A DNA stretch of 64,000 nt from Planctomycetota bacterium (GTDB taxonomy: Bacteria; Planctomycetota; Planctomycetia; Pirellulales; Lacipirellulaceae): positions 7,127 to 71,126 of the forward strand of contig JAADGV010000108.1 of assembly GCA_013152205.1 (NCBI GenBank), written 5' to 3'. The translations under genes and the position numbers were made by a program. Within the stretch, counting starts at the first letter, position 1; every line of letters begins with the position of its first letter. Below are positions 10,448 to 18,889 of this stretch, piece after piece. The notes beneath the pieces are model-generated. The model saw only the letters and a list, made by a program, of their open reading frames with translations, was not told the DNA's origin and ran no database searches.

Positions 10448-11191
10448 ATGAATCCTTATAGTTCGCTTGCCGACGATTTTTACGTCAATATGAATCTCAG
10501 CACTGAGATGGAGCTTCCTAGTACCCGCGAAACCGTGTTGCACTTCTTCGAGCAAATGCAAAAGCAGCACCCCGAGATGCGGAATTTTTATTCTCGCGAT
10601 AAGCGAGATTTTGTACTCGAAGAAGATAAAGATCAGGGCAACTACCGATGGTGCAACGTCGAACCCAAGCGGGTCTGTTCGGGCTTCGTCAACCCCGAGA
10701 CGGTCGAAACTGCCATTGAACAGCATCGACACGCCTTAGAAATCGCCCCCTACGCACTCTCGATCAGCGCCCTCGACTGCGAAGCGCTCGACCTACTGTT
10801 TGGTTTTGATTTCTCTTATCGAGGCAACCACAACCAACTGATTGCCGAAGCCCTTGGGGTTTGCCCTGCTCTTGATCGCCTTTCCAACTACCCGGGCACA
10901 ACCATCATCAGCAACGAGCCGAACATCACCTTCGCCCTCGACGAAGATTGTCGCCTGCAATGTCGGCTAAATATTGAATCGCGTACCAACGCCTATCAAA
11001 TTCGCACCGGCGAATACCAAGAAGAGCAGCTCAGCGTCTACGTCACCGCCCGCCAATACGGCAGCTTGGCCACAGGCCAAACCTACGTCGAAACCCTCGA
11101 CCGCCTCCACGAAGTCTCCCGAGAAATCATCGACAACTACGTTATCGAAGCCATTCTGGAGCCGCTGGCTAGGACGATTGCGTTGAAGTGA
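10448..11191 (+). CDS. Conserved hypothetical cytoplasmic protein
   Basis: 247-aa ORF with normal composition; start set to ATG 10448 (MNPYSS). Confidence 0.8.
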   Translation: MNPYSSLADDFYVNMNLSTEMELPSTRETVLHFFEQMQKQHPEMRNFYSRDKRDFVLEEDKDQGNYRWCNVEPKRVCSGFVNPETVETAIEQHRHALEIAPYALSISALDCEALDLLFGFDFSYRGNHNQLIAEALGVCPALDRLSNYPGTTIISNEPNITFALDEDCRLQCRLNIESRTNAYQIRTGEYQEEQLSVYVTARQYGSLATGQTYVETLDRLHEVSREIIDNYVIEAILEPLARTIALK

Positions 11192-11224
11192 GAGTCTCTC
11201 CGAAACCTAGCGCGGCAAGTAATA

Positions 11225-11244
11225 TTTGACAGGATAAACCAGAT
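11225..11244 (+). repeat. Orphan TTTGACAGGAT-type arm
   Basis: tttgacaggat is shared with 10167 in direct orientation. Confidence 0.45.
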
Positions 11245-11511
11245 GAGAGACATCCGGTCGATCACAAAAATTGATTGAAAGAACGCTAGTCTTCGCTAAT
11301 TAGATTCGCTTAGATTAACGAAGATTTGTATTCCAACTCAAACTGAAAAAAAAGGAGCCAGCGAATATACGCGAAAATGGCTCGTTTATCAGAATAGTTG
11401 ACTTTCGACTTGCGGAAAGTTTGAGAAGGTGGGTTCATCGATCATCATTGGCGTGATTCGCGGGCCTTATCGTGCCTGCGTTTTCACTTTGAACTACGAG
11501 CTAAATAGGGC

Positions 11512-11608
11512 TCTCGCAGAGACGGCAGAGCTATGAAATTCCAGTTTTCTCCGCTGTCTCTGCGTCTCTGCGAGACAATTCCTTTTCTTTGCGCCTTAGC
11601 GCCTTTGC
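11512..11608. repeat. Tandem-unit IR element (TCTCGCAGAG type) plus outer right arm
   Basis: Arms at 11512-11530 and 11549-11575; ctttgcgccttagcgcctttgc at 11587-11608; homologous to the reverse complement of 20221-20292. Confidence 0.8.
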
Positions 11609-11770
11609 TATCGTATTAGTTCGTAGGTTCAAAAAGTCTTTATCAAAATGCTGTTATGGGGTATGCTGCCAACTGAGGGGGGCGACTCCCTGTCCGTGCG
11701 CGGGTGCCCATGCAACCCGCAGCTTGGCAATTTCTTCTTTCTTATTCTCGCTCGAACCTGGAGGTATCTC

Positions 11771-12049
11771 ATGTTTTGCCGTTGGATGGTTATCGGTTTG
11801 TTGGGTATTAGCGCTCTTCTGTTCGCTCTCACGTTCGAGACATCGACGGCTGAAGCTCGGCGAGGTTGCCGGGGTCGCCGCGTCTCCAGAAGTCGTGCCT
11901 ACTACGCCCCGTCGTCGTATTACCGCCCAAGAGTCTCTGTAGGCGTCGGATTCTACGGTGGTTTCGGACCTGGATTCTATGGCGGGGGCGGGCATGGATT
12001 TCACGGTGGACATGGTGGACATGGTGGACATGGTGGACACGGGCACTAA
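11771..12049 (+). CDS. Small secreted Arg/Tyr/Gly-rich protein with (GGH)n tail
   Basis: GGAGGT RBS, signal peptide ending AEA, and 9-bp ggtggacat tandem repeats. Confidence 0.75.
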   Translation: MFCRWMVIGLLGISALLFALTFETSTAEARRGCRGRRVSRSRAYYAPSSYYRPRVSVGVGFYGGFGPGFYGGGGHGFHGGHGGHGGHGGHGH

Positions 12050-12054
12050 GCCAG

Positions 12055-12150
12055 GTAGGGTCCGCTGTGCGGACCGAATTCATTCGCTCCACCGAGACGG
12101 TGGGACTATATAGCCCGACCCTCTGGGTCGGAGTGGCGGAACACACAGCA
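12055..12150 (+). repeat. REP-like cluster (GTAG palindrome plus two 3-nt-loop hairpins)
   Basis: GTAG-GGTCCGC-tgt-GCGGACC; ccaccg-aga-cggtgg; ccgaccc-tct-gggtcgg. Inverted copy at 50495-50558. Confidence 0.85.
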
Positions 12151-12198
12151 GTGAAATGCAGGACGATTGTAAAGTCACTGTGGGAGGGTGTTCTCGCC

Positions 12199-12226
12199 TT
12201 GACTTATGGCCGTAGGCGGTTATACT
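12199..12226 (+). promoter_or_regulatory. Sigma70-like promoter, probably leaderless
   Basis: TTGACT-N16-TATACT; ATG 12233 follows 6 nt after the -10 box with no SD. Confidence 0.6.
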
Positions 12227-12232
12227 TTTGGT

Positions 12233-12469
12233 ATGAAAACTGCTGTCTCCATTCCGGATGAAGTCTTTGAGGAAGCGGAGCGTCTTGCGAGTCGATTACA
12301 GACTTCGCGTAGCCAGCTCTATGCGAAGGCTTTGGCCGAGTTCGTTGCTCGACACGACGACGATCGTATCACGGCGGCGATGGATCAGGTGGTTGAAGAG
12401 GTTGGAAACGAAGTCGATGACTTCACTCGCGAGGCTGCCCGTCAAACGTTGCAGCAAGTGGAATGGTAA
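12233..12469 (+). CDS. Antitoxin, ribbon-helix-helix (CopG-like)
   Basis: MKTAVSIPDEVFEEAERLA...SRSQLYAKAL; overlaps the toxin start. Confidence 0.85.
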   Translation: MKTAVSIPDEVFEEAERLASRLQTSRSQLYAKALAEFVARHDDDRITAAMDQVVEEVGNEVDDFTREAARQTLQQVEW

Positions 12470-12807
12470 TCGCCCAGGGCGAAGTCTGGTGGGTCGATTT
12501 CGGTGAGCCGATTGGTTCGGCTCCCGGTTTCAGACGACCCGTTGTTGTGGTGCAGTCGGATGCGTTGAATCGAAGTCGGATCGGAACGGTCGTTTGCGTT
12601 CCCCTGACAAGCAATCTCAAATGGGCCGACGCTCCTGGCAACGTCTTGCTGAAAGGCAAGCAGACCGGGCTGCCCAAGGATTCTGTCGCCAATGTTTCGC
12701 TGATCGTTGCTTTAGACAAGAACCAACTCAGCGAGCGCAGTGGTAAGCTATCGAAGCGGAAAATCGAGGCAATTCTCAGCGGAATCGATGTCGTCCTCGG
12801 TCGCTAA
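12463..12807 (+). CDS. mazF: PemK/MazF family endoribonuclease toxin
   Basis: QGEVWWVDF, RRPVVVVQSDALN, VPLTS, LPKDSVANVS. Confidence 0.92.
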   Translation: MVIAQGEVWWVDFGEPIGSAPGFRRPVVVVQSDALNRSRIGTVVCVPLTSNLKWADAPGNVLLKGKQTGLPKDSVANVSLIVALDKNQLSERSGKLSKRKIEAILSGIDVVLGR

Positions 12808-12817
12808 TGGCGGCTAC

Positions 12818-13204
12818 TCACTCGCCGATCAGCCGCTTTACGCTTTGGATGAGTCGATCCATCGGAAACGGCTTGCGGACATAGTCGTCGACGCCCAGCA
12901 TTTCGGCGTACGACTTATGGCGGGCTCCTTCGTTGGCAGTGATCATGATGATGCGCTGCTTCTTTTCGCCCATCCTCTTCAGACGCTCGAGCACCAAAAA
13001 ACCGCTCCGCTTGGGCATCATCATATCCAGAATCACCAGATCTGGGGCTTCGCGCTCGATCAAAGCCAAGCCCTGATTGCCATCGCGGGCGACCAGAACT
13101 TCGTACCCGTGGGCTTCCAATGCCAGCCGAAGCGACTCGATGATCTCGGCATCGTCGTCGACTAACAGAATCCGTTTGCTACTGTTTTCTTCAGTTTTCG
13201 CCAT
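12818..13204 (-). CDS. Single-domain response regulator
   Basis: LLVDDD, LVILDMMMP phosphoacceptor, MITA, KP. Confidence 0.93.
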   Translation of the reverse strand: MAKTEENSSKRILLVDDDAEIIESLRLALEAHGYEVLVARDGNQGLALIEREAPDLVILDMMMPKRSGFLVLERLKRMGEKKQRIIMITANEGARHKSYAEMLGVDDYVRKPFPMDRLIQSVKRLIGE

Positions 13205-13332
13205 GATTATTGGTGCTACTGCAATAGGTGGGATAGCTGGGTCCGAACGACAACAGCTGGCGGGATTTAGTTATTTTTCTTGCGAGCGACTGCCAAAACT
13301 TCACTGCTGAGAGCCTGAAAGAGCCTAAAGCA

Positions 13333-13367
13333 TGGCAAATCGCTAGCCTCACATTAGCGATTTGCCA
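13333..13367. promoter_or_regulatory. Perfect 13-bp inverted repeat with 9-nt spacer
   Basis: tggcaaatcgcta-N9-tagcgatttgcca, in the divergent intergenic region. Confidence 0.5.
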
Positions 13368-13550
13368 CAGATTTGCAAGCCAATGGATTTTGCACGCCGG
13401 TCGGAGACTGGCCCAGGCGGCATTCTCACCCCGCTATTGCCCGGTGACAAACGCCCGCCCGACTTGCTACGCTAACCACACCGAATGACAGTAGTTCCAA
13501 GTTTGGCGTTTTGCTCGGCGATTCGAGTGTTTTGGGATCGTGACGTTTGG

Positions 13551-13614
13551 AGCTATTAGCGATTAGCCTTTCGTCCGATAAAGCGTGACCTACCAAAGCT
13601 AACAGCTAATAGCT
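13551..13614. repeat. 7-nt tandem-unit IR element
   Basis: agctattagcgattagc and gctaacagctaatagct (15/17). Confidence 0.7.
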
Positions 13615-13727
13615 AACCGCCTGCTTCCACTTGCAAAGACCTGAGTTTTTTCGAGAAAAACAGCGAACTTGGAATTACCGACTTAGGGTATCCCTCTCCA
13701 TTTTTTCGTTATCAATACGCAGCCATT

Positions 13728-14834
13728 ATGCCCCAAAAAACCACACCCTCGTCGATTACTTTTCCTGAGTTGCCGTACTTACCGCGCGACCCAAAAAAAT
13801 ATCGCCCAAAAATTGGCCTGATTGGTTGTGGAGAGATCACCGACTACCATCTACAAGCCTATCAAGCAGCTGGCTACGACGTTGCTGCCTTCTGCGATCC
13901 GAAAATCGAGAATGCAAAAAAACGACGCGATAAATTCTACCCTGAAGCCAAGGTTTTCACCGACCGCAACGACCTACTAAAGCTCGACGACATCGAAGTT
14001 GTCGACGTGGCCACACACCCCGAGGTTCGCTCGCCCATTACCGAAGACGCCCTTCGCGCCGGCAAGCATGTCCTCAGCCAAAAACCGTTCGTGTTGGATC
14101 TTGACGAGGGCCATCGGCTCGCCGATCTAGCCGACAAGCAGGGCGTTCTGCTCGCAATTAACCAAAATGGCCGCTGGGCACCTCACTTTAGCTACATACG
14201 CGAAGCAGTTCGAGCCGGCCTGATTGGCGAAGTTCTCGGCGTCCATTGCGGGGTCCACTGGGACCATAGTTGGACCCGTGGCACCGAATTCGAAAAAGTC
14301 TACCACTTGATTCTCTACGACTTCGCCATCCACTGGTTCGATTTTCTATCGACCATCATGCACGACCAGCGTGCCCAGCGGGTCTACGCTTCGGCCACCC
14401 AAGCGACGGCACAAGACATGATGCCGCCGTTGGTTGCCCAAGCAGTTGTGGAATATCCCCATGCGCAAGCGTCACTAGTTTTCGACGCCTATGTACCTCA
14501 AGGTAGCTGGGACCATGTACTGGTTAGCGGCAGCCGGGGCATCGTCCGTAGCTCAGGCGTTGATTTGGACAATCAACGCGTAGAGATCATTACGAACGAA
14601 GGCACGATCGTACCAAAGGTTGAAGGGACTTGGTTCCCCGATGGCTTTCACGGCACGATGGGCGAGCTTCTCTGTGCGATCGAAGAAAAACGCCAACCCA
14701 CGAATAGCGCGCACAACAACCTGCGCAGCTTAGAACTTTGTTTCGCAGCGCTCGAAAGTTCGCTCAGCCACCAACCGGTCGAGCCTGGCACGGTTCGGAA
14801 AATTCCAGAGCCTATTGCGACTGTGCAAGGTTGA
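13728..14834 (+). CDS. Gfo/Idh/MocA family oxidoreductase
   Basis: IGLIGCG, HVLSQKP, NQNGRWAP, DFAIHWFD. Confidence 0.93.
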   Translation: MPQKTTPSSITFPELPYLPRDPKKYRPKIGLIGCGEITDYHLQAYQAAGYDVAAFCDPKIENAKKRRDKFYPEAKVFTDRNDLLKLDDIEVVDVATHPEVRSPITEDALRAGKHVLSQKPFVLDLDEGHRLADLADKQGVLLAINQNGRWAPHFSYIREAVRAGLIGEVLGVHCGVHWDHSWTRGTEFEKVYHLILYDFAIHWFDFLSTIMHDQRAQRVYASATQATAQDMMPPLVAQAVVEYPHAQASLVFDAYVPQGSWDHVLVSGSRGIVRSSGVDLDNQRVEIITNEGTIVPKVEGTWFPDGFHGTMGELLCAIEEKRQPTNSAHNNLRSLELCFAALESSLSHQPVEPGTVRKIPEPIATVQG

Positions 14835-14888
14835 GCTACGAAGACACAACGAACAGAAGGCCATCCAGCAAAAGTGGGGGATGTTTTT

Positions 14889-14962
14889 GGGTGGCACAGA
14901 CACGGGTCCGGAAAAAGGTTTTTGGCGAGAGACCGGTTGGCGGACCCGTGTCGGTGTTACCC
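14889..14962. repeat. GGGTGGCAC-type inverted repeat
   Basis: 22-bp arms at 14889-14910 and 14941-14962 with a 12-bp perfect core (gacacgggtccg); termini resemble the 4929 element. Confidence 0.7.
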
Positions 14963-15002
14963 TCGTGAGCGAAGGACTTTAGGCCGTAGCTCACGAAACT
15001 TT

Positions 15003-15034
15003 CAAACCCACCTGCTTCAGTGGGGTGGTAGTTG
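15003..15034. mobile_element. Possible orphan IS200/IS605-type end hairpin
   Basis: Reverse strand reads tcaactaccaccccactgaagcaggtgggtttg, resembling the GTCAACTACC-stem-TGAAG-stem ends I recall; the stem is degenerate and no transposase is nearby. Confidence 0.35.
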
Positions 15035-15090
15035 AGTCCCTCATGGGAACTGCAAAGTCACAAATTCACAAAATAAACCGCAACAATTTG

Positions 15091-15166
15091 AACCACAGAG
15101 GACACGGAGGGCACAGAGAAAATCTATTTTTAAGGTACTCTGTGCTACTCCGCGTCCTCTGTGGTT
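15091..15166. repeat. Tandem-unit IR element (AACCACAGAG type)
   Basis: Arms at 15091-15118 and 15138-15166 with an AT-rich spacer. Confidence 0.85.
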
Positions 15167-15451
15167 ATTCTTTTTTCCTTAACTTTGGTCGATCGTACCG
15201 ACTTTGCAGTTGTCCGGTTGAGTCCCTGCCATCGAGTCGTGCTAGCTTTAGCGGCGGCGGGCCATTCTCCAGCATCGCAAGTTCAGGTTGCGAAGAATGC
15301 GGCAAGTTGCAGGATTTCGTAAACTTTCCCGCCTTATCTAGTCGATCAAAGTTAACGCAACTGCTGATTGTAGCGGTTATGCGTACGCGCTCTTTTTGCG
15401 CCGATGATCGAGGGTTTTCTCCTCTAGCTAAGTCGTCCAGGGTGAAATTGC

Positions 15452-18400
15452 ATGACACGAGCGGTCCTCAAGAACCCGTATTTAGTAATCGTGCTAGCAT
15501 TAGCCATTCTGGTGTTGGGTATCTACACCTACCCGAAAATCCCCAAAGACCTGCTACCAATCTTTGAAACCTCAGCGGTTCAAATTGTCACTTTCTATCC
15601 CGGCATGCCGCCGGAAATTATGGAAAAAGACATCATGAGCCGCATGCAGCGGTGGACAGGTCAGTCGGTCGGCATCGAGCATCAAGAAGCGAAAGCGATG
15701 ACCGGTGTCTGTATCGTCAAAGACTTTTTCCGCGAGGGGATTTCGCTCGATACGGCGATGGCGCAAACCACCAGCTACGCCATGAGCGACATGTTCTATC
15801 TGCCGCCCGGGACGATTCCACCGATGTTGATGCCGATCGACCCGACGGCTTCGTTGCCACTGTGCTTGGTGGTCGTCGATAGCCCGGGAATGGACGAACA
15901 GCAGCTCTACGATATTGCTTACTACGAACTACGCAACAAGTTGCAATCGATTCAGGGGGTCATCTCGCCGGCTGTGTTTGGCGGCAAGTTGCGTCGGATC
16001 TATGCTTACATGGATCCGCGCAAGCTTGAAGCGTATGGCTTGACGTTGATGGACGTTCAGCACCAGCTTTCGAAATACAATGTGCTGATCCCCGCTGGCA
16101 ACATGAAGGTGGGCCAGAAAGATTTTCAGCTATTCACCAACGCGGTTCCGGAAACGATCGAAGACCTCAACGATTCGATCGTCAAAACCGTCGATGGCGT
16201 GCCGGTAAAGATTAGTGACATCGGTCGCGTCGAGAATTCGTCGCAGATCCAATCGAATATTGTCCGGATCAACGGTGGCCGAAAGGCGTATATCCCGATT
16301 TATCGTCAGCCCGGGGCAAACTCGATCGAGATCGTGCAGACGATCCAAAAGAACTTGGCAAACATTCTCGCTCGGCTAAAGAACGAACGCGCCGGCGATG
16401 TGGGCATGGACGAGTTGGTGTTGTCGGTTGCGATGGATCAGTCAGGGCCTGTGCAGGAAAGCATCGCAGGCCTGCAATTCGCGGCCGGGCTAGGAGGCTT
16501 GCTGGCGGGAGTTGTCGTGTTCGTTTTTCTGCGGAGCATTACTTCGACTTTGATCGTGATGATCGTGATTCCGCTGTCGGTGTTGGCCGCGATCGTCGGA
16601 ATGTATTTTACTGGGAATACGGTCAACGCGATGACGCTGGGTGGACTGGCGTTGGCAATTGGCATCTTGGTCGACCAATCGATTGTAGTGCTAGAAAACA
16701 TCATGCGCCATGTGCAGATGGGGAAGAACCCGCCCCAGGCAGCGCTCGATGGTACGCAAGAAGTTGTTGTGCCGATTTTTATCTCGACGGTGACGTTTGC
16801 TGTGGTGTTCTTTCCAACCGTGTTTCTTAGCGGCTTGGCATCGTATCTGTTTACGCCCCTAGCGCTGGCGACGATTATCGCGATCGTAGTTTCGTTTGTA
16901 CTGTCAATTACGTTGGTGCCTGCCTATTGTGCCGCGTTTCTTAAAGTGAATCCAAACGCCGACACACAGGCAGCCGCAGCACATGGCCCGTTGACCAACG
17001 CCTTTGGCAAATTGGTCGCCGGCTGTTTAGAAATCCGCTGGCTGATTGCTTTGGGAGCAGCAGGGTTGTTTGCCGGGGCGGCTTATCTCGCCACGCAAAT
17101 GGGGCAAGAGTTGATCCCGCCGATTGATTCCGGCCAGTTTACGGTCTACGTCCGCATGCCCTCGGGCGCAAACATCGACATGACCGACTATCAGATTCAA
17201 AATATCGAGCAAGCGATCATCGAAGAAACGGGAGAACCCGACCCGAGCTTTGCGTTGGGAGTAGAAAAAAACGTTGATTCAGACTTGCAGATTCTCATTT
17301 CGAACATTGGCGTGCTAAACGATTGGCCCGCTGCCTACACGCCAAACATTGGACCTGGCGACGCATTTATGCTGGTCCAATTGAAAGGAAAATCGGGGCG
17401 ACCCGGAGCATTCGACTATGTCGAGCAGTTGCGTGAGAAACTCAATCGAAGATTTCCCGATGTCGAGTTCGCTTTCGATACAGGCGGGATGCTAACGAGT
17501 GCCCTCAACATGGGCGAGCCTTCGCCAATTCATTTTCAGGTAAGTGGCGCGAAGCTCGAAGAAATGCGAGAAATTGCCGAGCACGTCGAGGACGCTGCCA
17601 ATTCGGTGGCCGGGACCGTCGATGTTCGCATTGCTCAGCGACTCGATTACCCGACGATGACGATCACCATGAATCGAGATAAAGCAGCTCGCATGGGGCT
17701 TACGCCCGAAGAGGTCATGCAGAATTTGGTGTCTGCAACGAATAGCTCCGTGGGTTTTGACCCCGCTTTTTGGGTCGATAAATCGAAGGGGAATCACTAT
17801 TTCATCGGCGTGCAGTATCCCGAAGAGCTGCTAACCAACATGGAGACGATTCGCAACATCCCAGTAGGAATGGTCAATGGTGTGCCAATTCGTCTGCGAA
17901 ACATTGCCACCATCGATCGGGCGGAAGGGCCTGGAGTGATCAACCATCGCAACATTACTCGCGTGATAGATATCTACGCGAATGTGGCGCGGGGGTACGA
18001 CGCGGGTTCGATCATGACGGCGATTGAATCTCGGCTGTTGGCCGACGGCAATCCGCTTGGTGCCACGCGAGATCACGACGATCGTGGCGAGGTTTACCGC
18101 CTGAGCAACTACCCCGGCACGGCGTTGCGTTCACAAGGCGAAGTAAAAGAGATGCGGAAATCGTTTGAGCAATTTACGGCCGGCTTTGCTATCGCTGCCG
18201 TGCTGGTCTATTTGGTGATGGTCGCGCAGTTCCGAAGCTTTGTCGACCCCTTTGTGATTCTGCTAACCGTGCCGCTTGGATTTATTGGCGTGGTAGCAGT
18301 ACTGATGCTAACGGGCTCGAACCTGTCGATCATGTCCGCGATGGGCATCATTATGATGGTCGGTATCGTTGTGGAATACTCAATTGTATTGGTGGATTTC

Positions 18401-18679
18401 GCCAATCACCGATTGGCGGAGGGGCTAAGCGTTAAAGAGGCAGTTGTCGACGCGGCCAAAGTCCGTGCGAGACCGATCCTAATGACATCGCTCACCACTT
18501 GGCTGGCACTCTTGCCAATGGCGATTGGCAGCTTTGGCGGCGAGGCGAATGCGCCGCTCGCACGGGCGATCATTGGTGGGGTGATTGCCGCAACGGTTTT
18601 ATCGCTTATTGTCGTGCCATGCTTGTATGTCATCTTCAAGCGGCCACCCAAGGAGCAAAAACAATGGGCGACCACATAA
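15452..18679 (+). CDS. RND efflux permease (AcrB/CusA superfamily)
   Basis: 1075 aa, 12-TM duplicated architecture; NAMTLGGLALAIGILVDQSIVVLEN; RARPILMT. Confidence 0.95.
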   Translation: MTRAVLKNPYLVIVLALAILVLGIYTYPKIPKDLLPIFETSAVQIVTFYPGMPPEIMEKDIMSRMQRWTGQSVGIEHQEAKAMTGVCIVKDFFREGISLDTAMAQTTSYAMSDMFYLPPGTIPPMLMPIDPTASLPLCLVVVDSPGMDEQQLYDIAYYELRNKLQSIQGVISPAVFGGKLRRIYAYMDPRKLEAYGLTLMDVQHQLSKYNVLIPAGNMKVGQKDFQLFTNAVPETIEDLNDSIVKTVDGVPVKISDIGRVENSSQIQSNIVRINGGRKAYIPIYRQPGANSIEIVQTIQKNLANILARLKNERAGDVGMDELVLSVAMDQSGPVQESIAGLQFAAGLGGLLAGVVVFVFLRSITSTLIVMIVIPLSVLAAIVGMYFTGNTVNAMTLGGLALAIGILVDQSIVVLENIMRHVQMGKNPPQAALDGTQEVVVPIFISTVTFAVVFFPTVFLSGLASYLFTPLALATIIAIVVSFVLSITLVPAYCAAFLKVNPNADTQAAAAHGPLTNAFGKLVAGCLEIRWLIALGAAGLFAGAAYLATQMGQELIPPIDSGQFTVYVRMPSGANIDMTDYQIQNIEQAIIEETGEPDPSFALGVEKNVDSDLQILISNIGVLNDWPAAYTPNIGPGDAFMLVQLKGKSGRPGAFDYVEQLREKLNRRFPDVEFAFDTGGMLTSALNMGEPSPIHFQVSGAKLEEMREIAEHVEDAANSVAGTVDVRIAQRLDYPTMTITMNRDKAARMGLTPEEVMQNLVSATNSSVGFDPAFWVDKSKGNHYFIGVQYPEELLTNMETIRNIPVGMVNGVPIRLRNIATIDRAEGPGVINHRNITRVIDIYANVARGYDAGSIMTAIESRLLADGNPLGATRDHDDRGEVYRLSNYPGTALRSQGEVKEMRKSFEQFTAGFAIAAVLVYLVMVAQFRSFVDPFVILLTVPLGFIGVVAVLMLTGSNLSIMSAMGIIMMVGIVVEYSIVLVDFANHRLAEGLSVKEAVVDAAKVRARPILMTSLTTWLALLPMAIGSFGGEANAPLARAIIGGVIAATVLSLIVVPCLYVIFKRPPKEQKQWATT

Positions 18680-18722
18680 ACTTGCCTGGAAATCAATGCC
18701 GACAGAATTACAGAAAAGATGG

Positions 18723-18803
18723 AACCGCTAATGAACGCTAATAATCGCTAATCTTAACTCTGTACTTCACATAATTAGCGAGTATTAGTGTTCATTAGCG
18801 GTT
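18723..18803. repeat. Tandem-unit IR element (AACCGCTAAT type)
   Basis: 30-bp arms at 18723-18752 and 18774-18803 (28/30); three 10-nt CGCTAAT units per arm. Confidence 0.9.
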
Positions 18804-18889
18804 TCCTTTTCCTGTTTGCAGCCCAAGCCGCGATGGGTTCATCAGTGGCTAATTTTTCTACTAAATTTGGTGATGAACCCTCAAAGGGT

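Noticed and set aside
11829-12146. Antisense ORFs with HHVHHV or STMSTM repeats
   Set aside because: They are alternative readings of the 9-bp GGH repeat. Only the + frame has an RBS and a signal peptide.
15025-15567. 180-aa ORF
   Set aside because: It runs through repeat arms (NHRGHGGHRE, RVLCG) and overlaps the RND start out of frame, so it is probably spurious.
18788-18889. N-terminal extensions of the MFP, TolC (20408) and sialidase (39685) ORFs
   Set aside because: They begin inside repeat elements. Downstream ATGs give proper signal peptides or lipoboxes.
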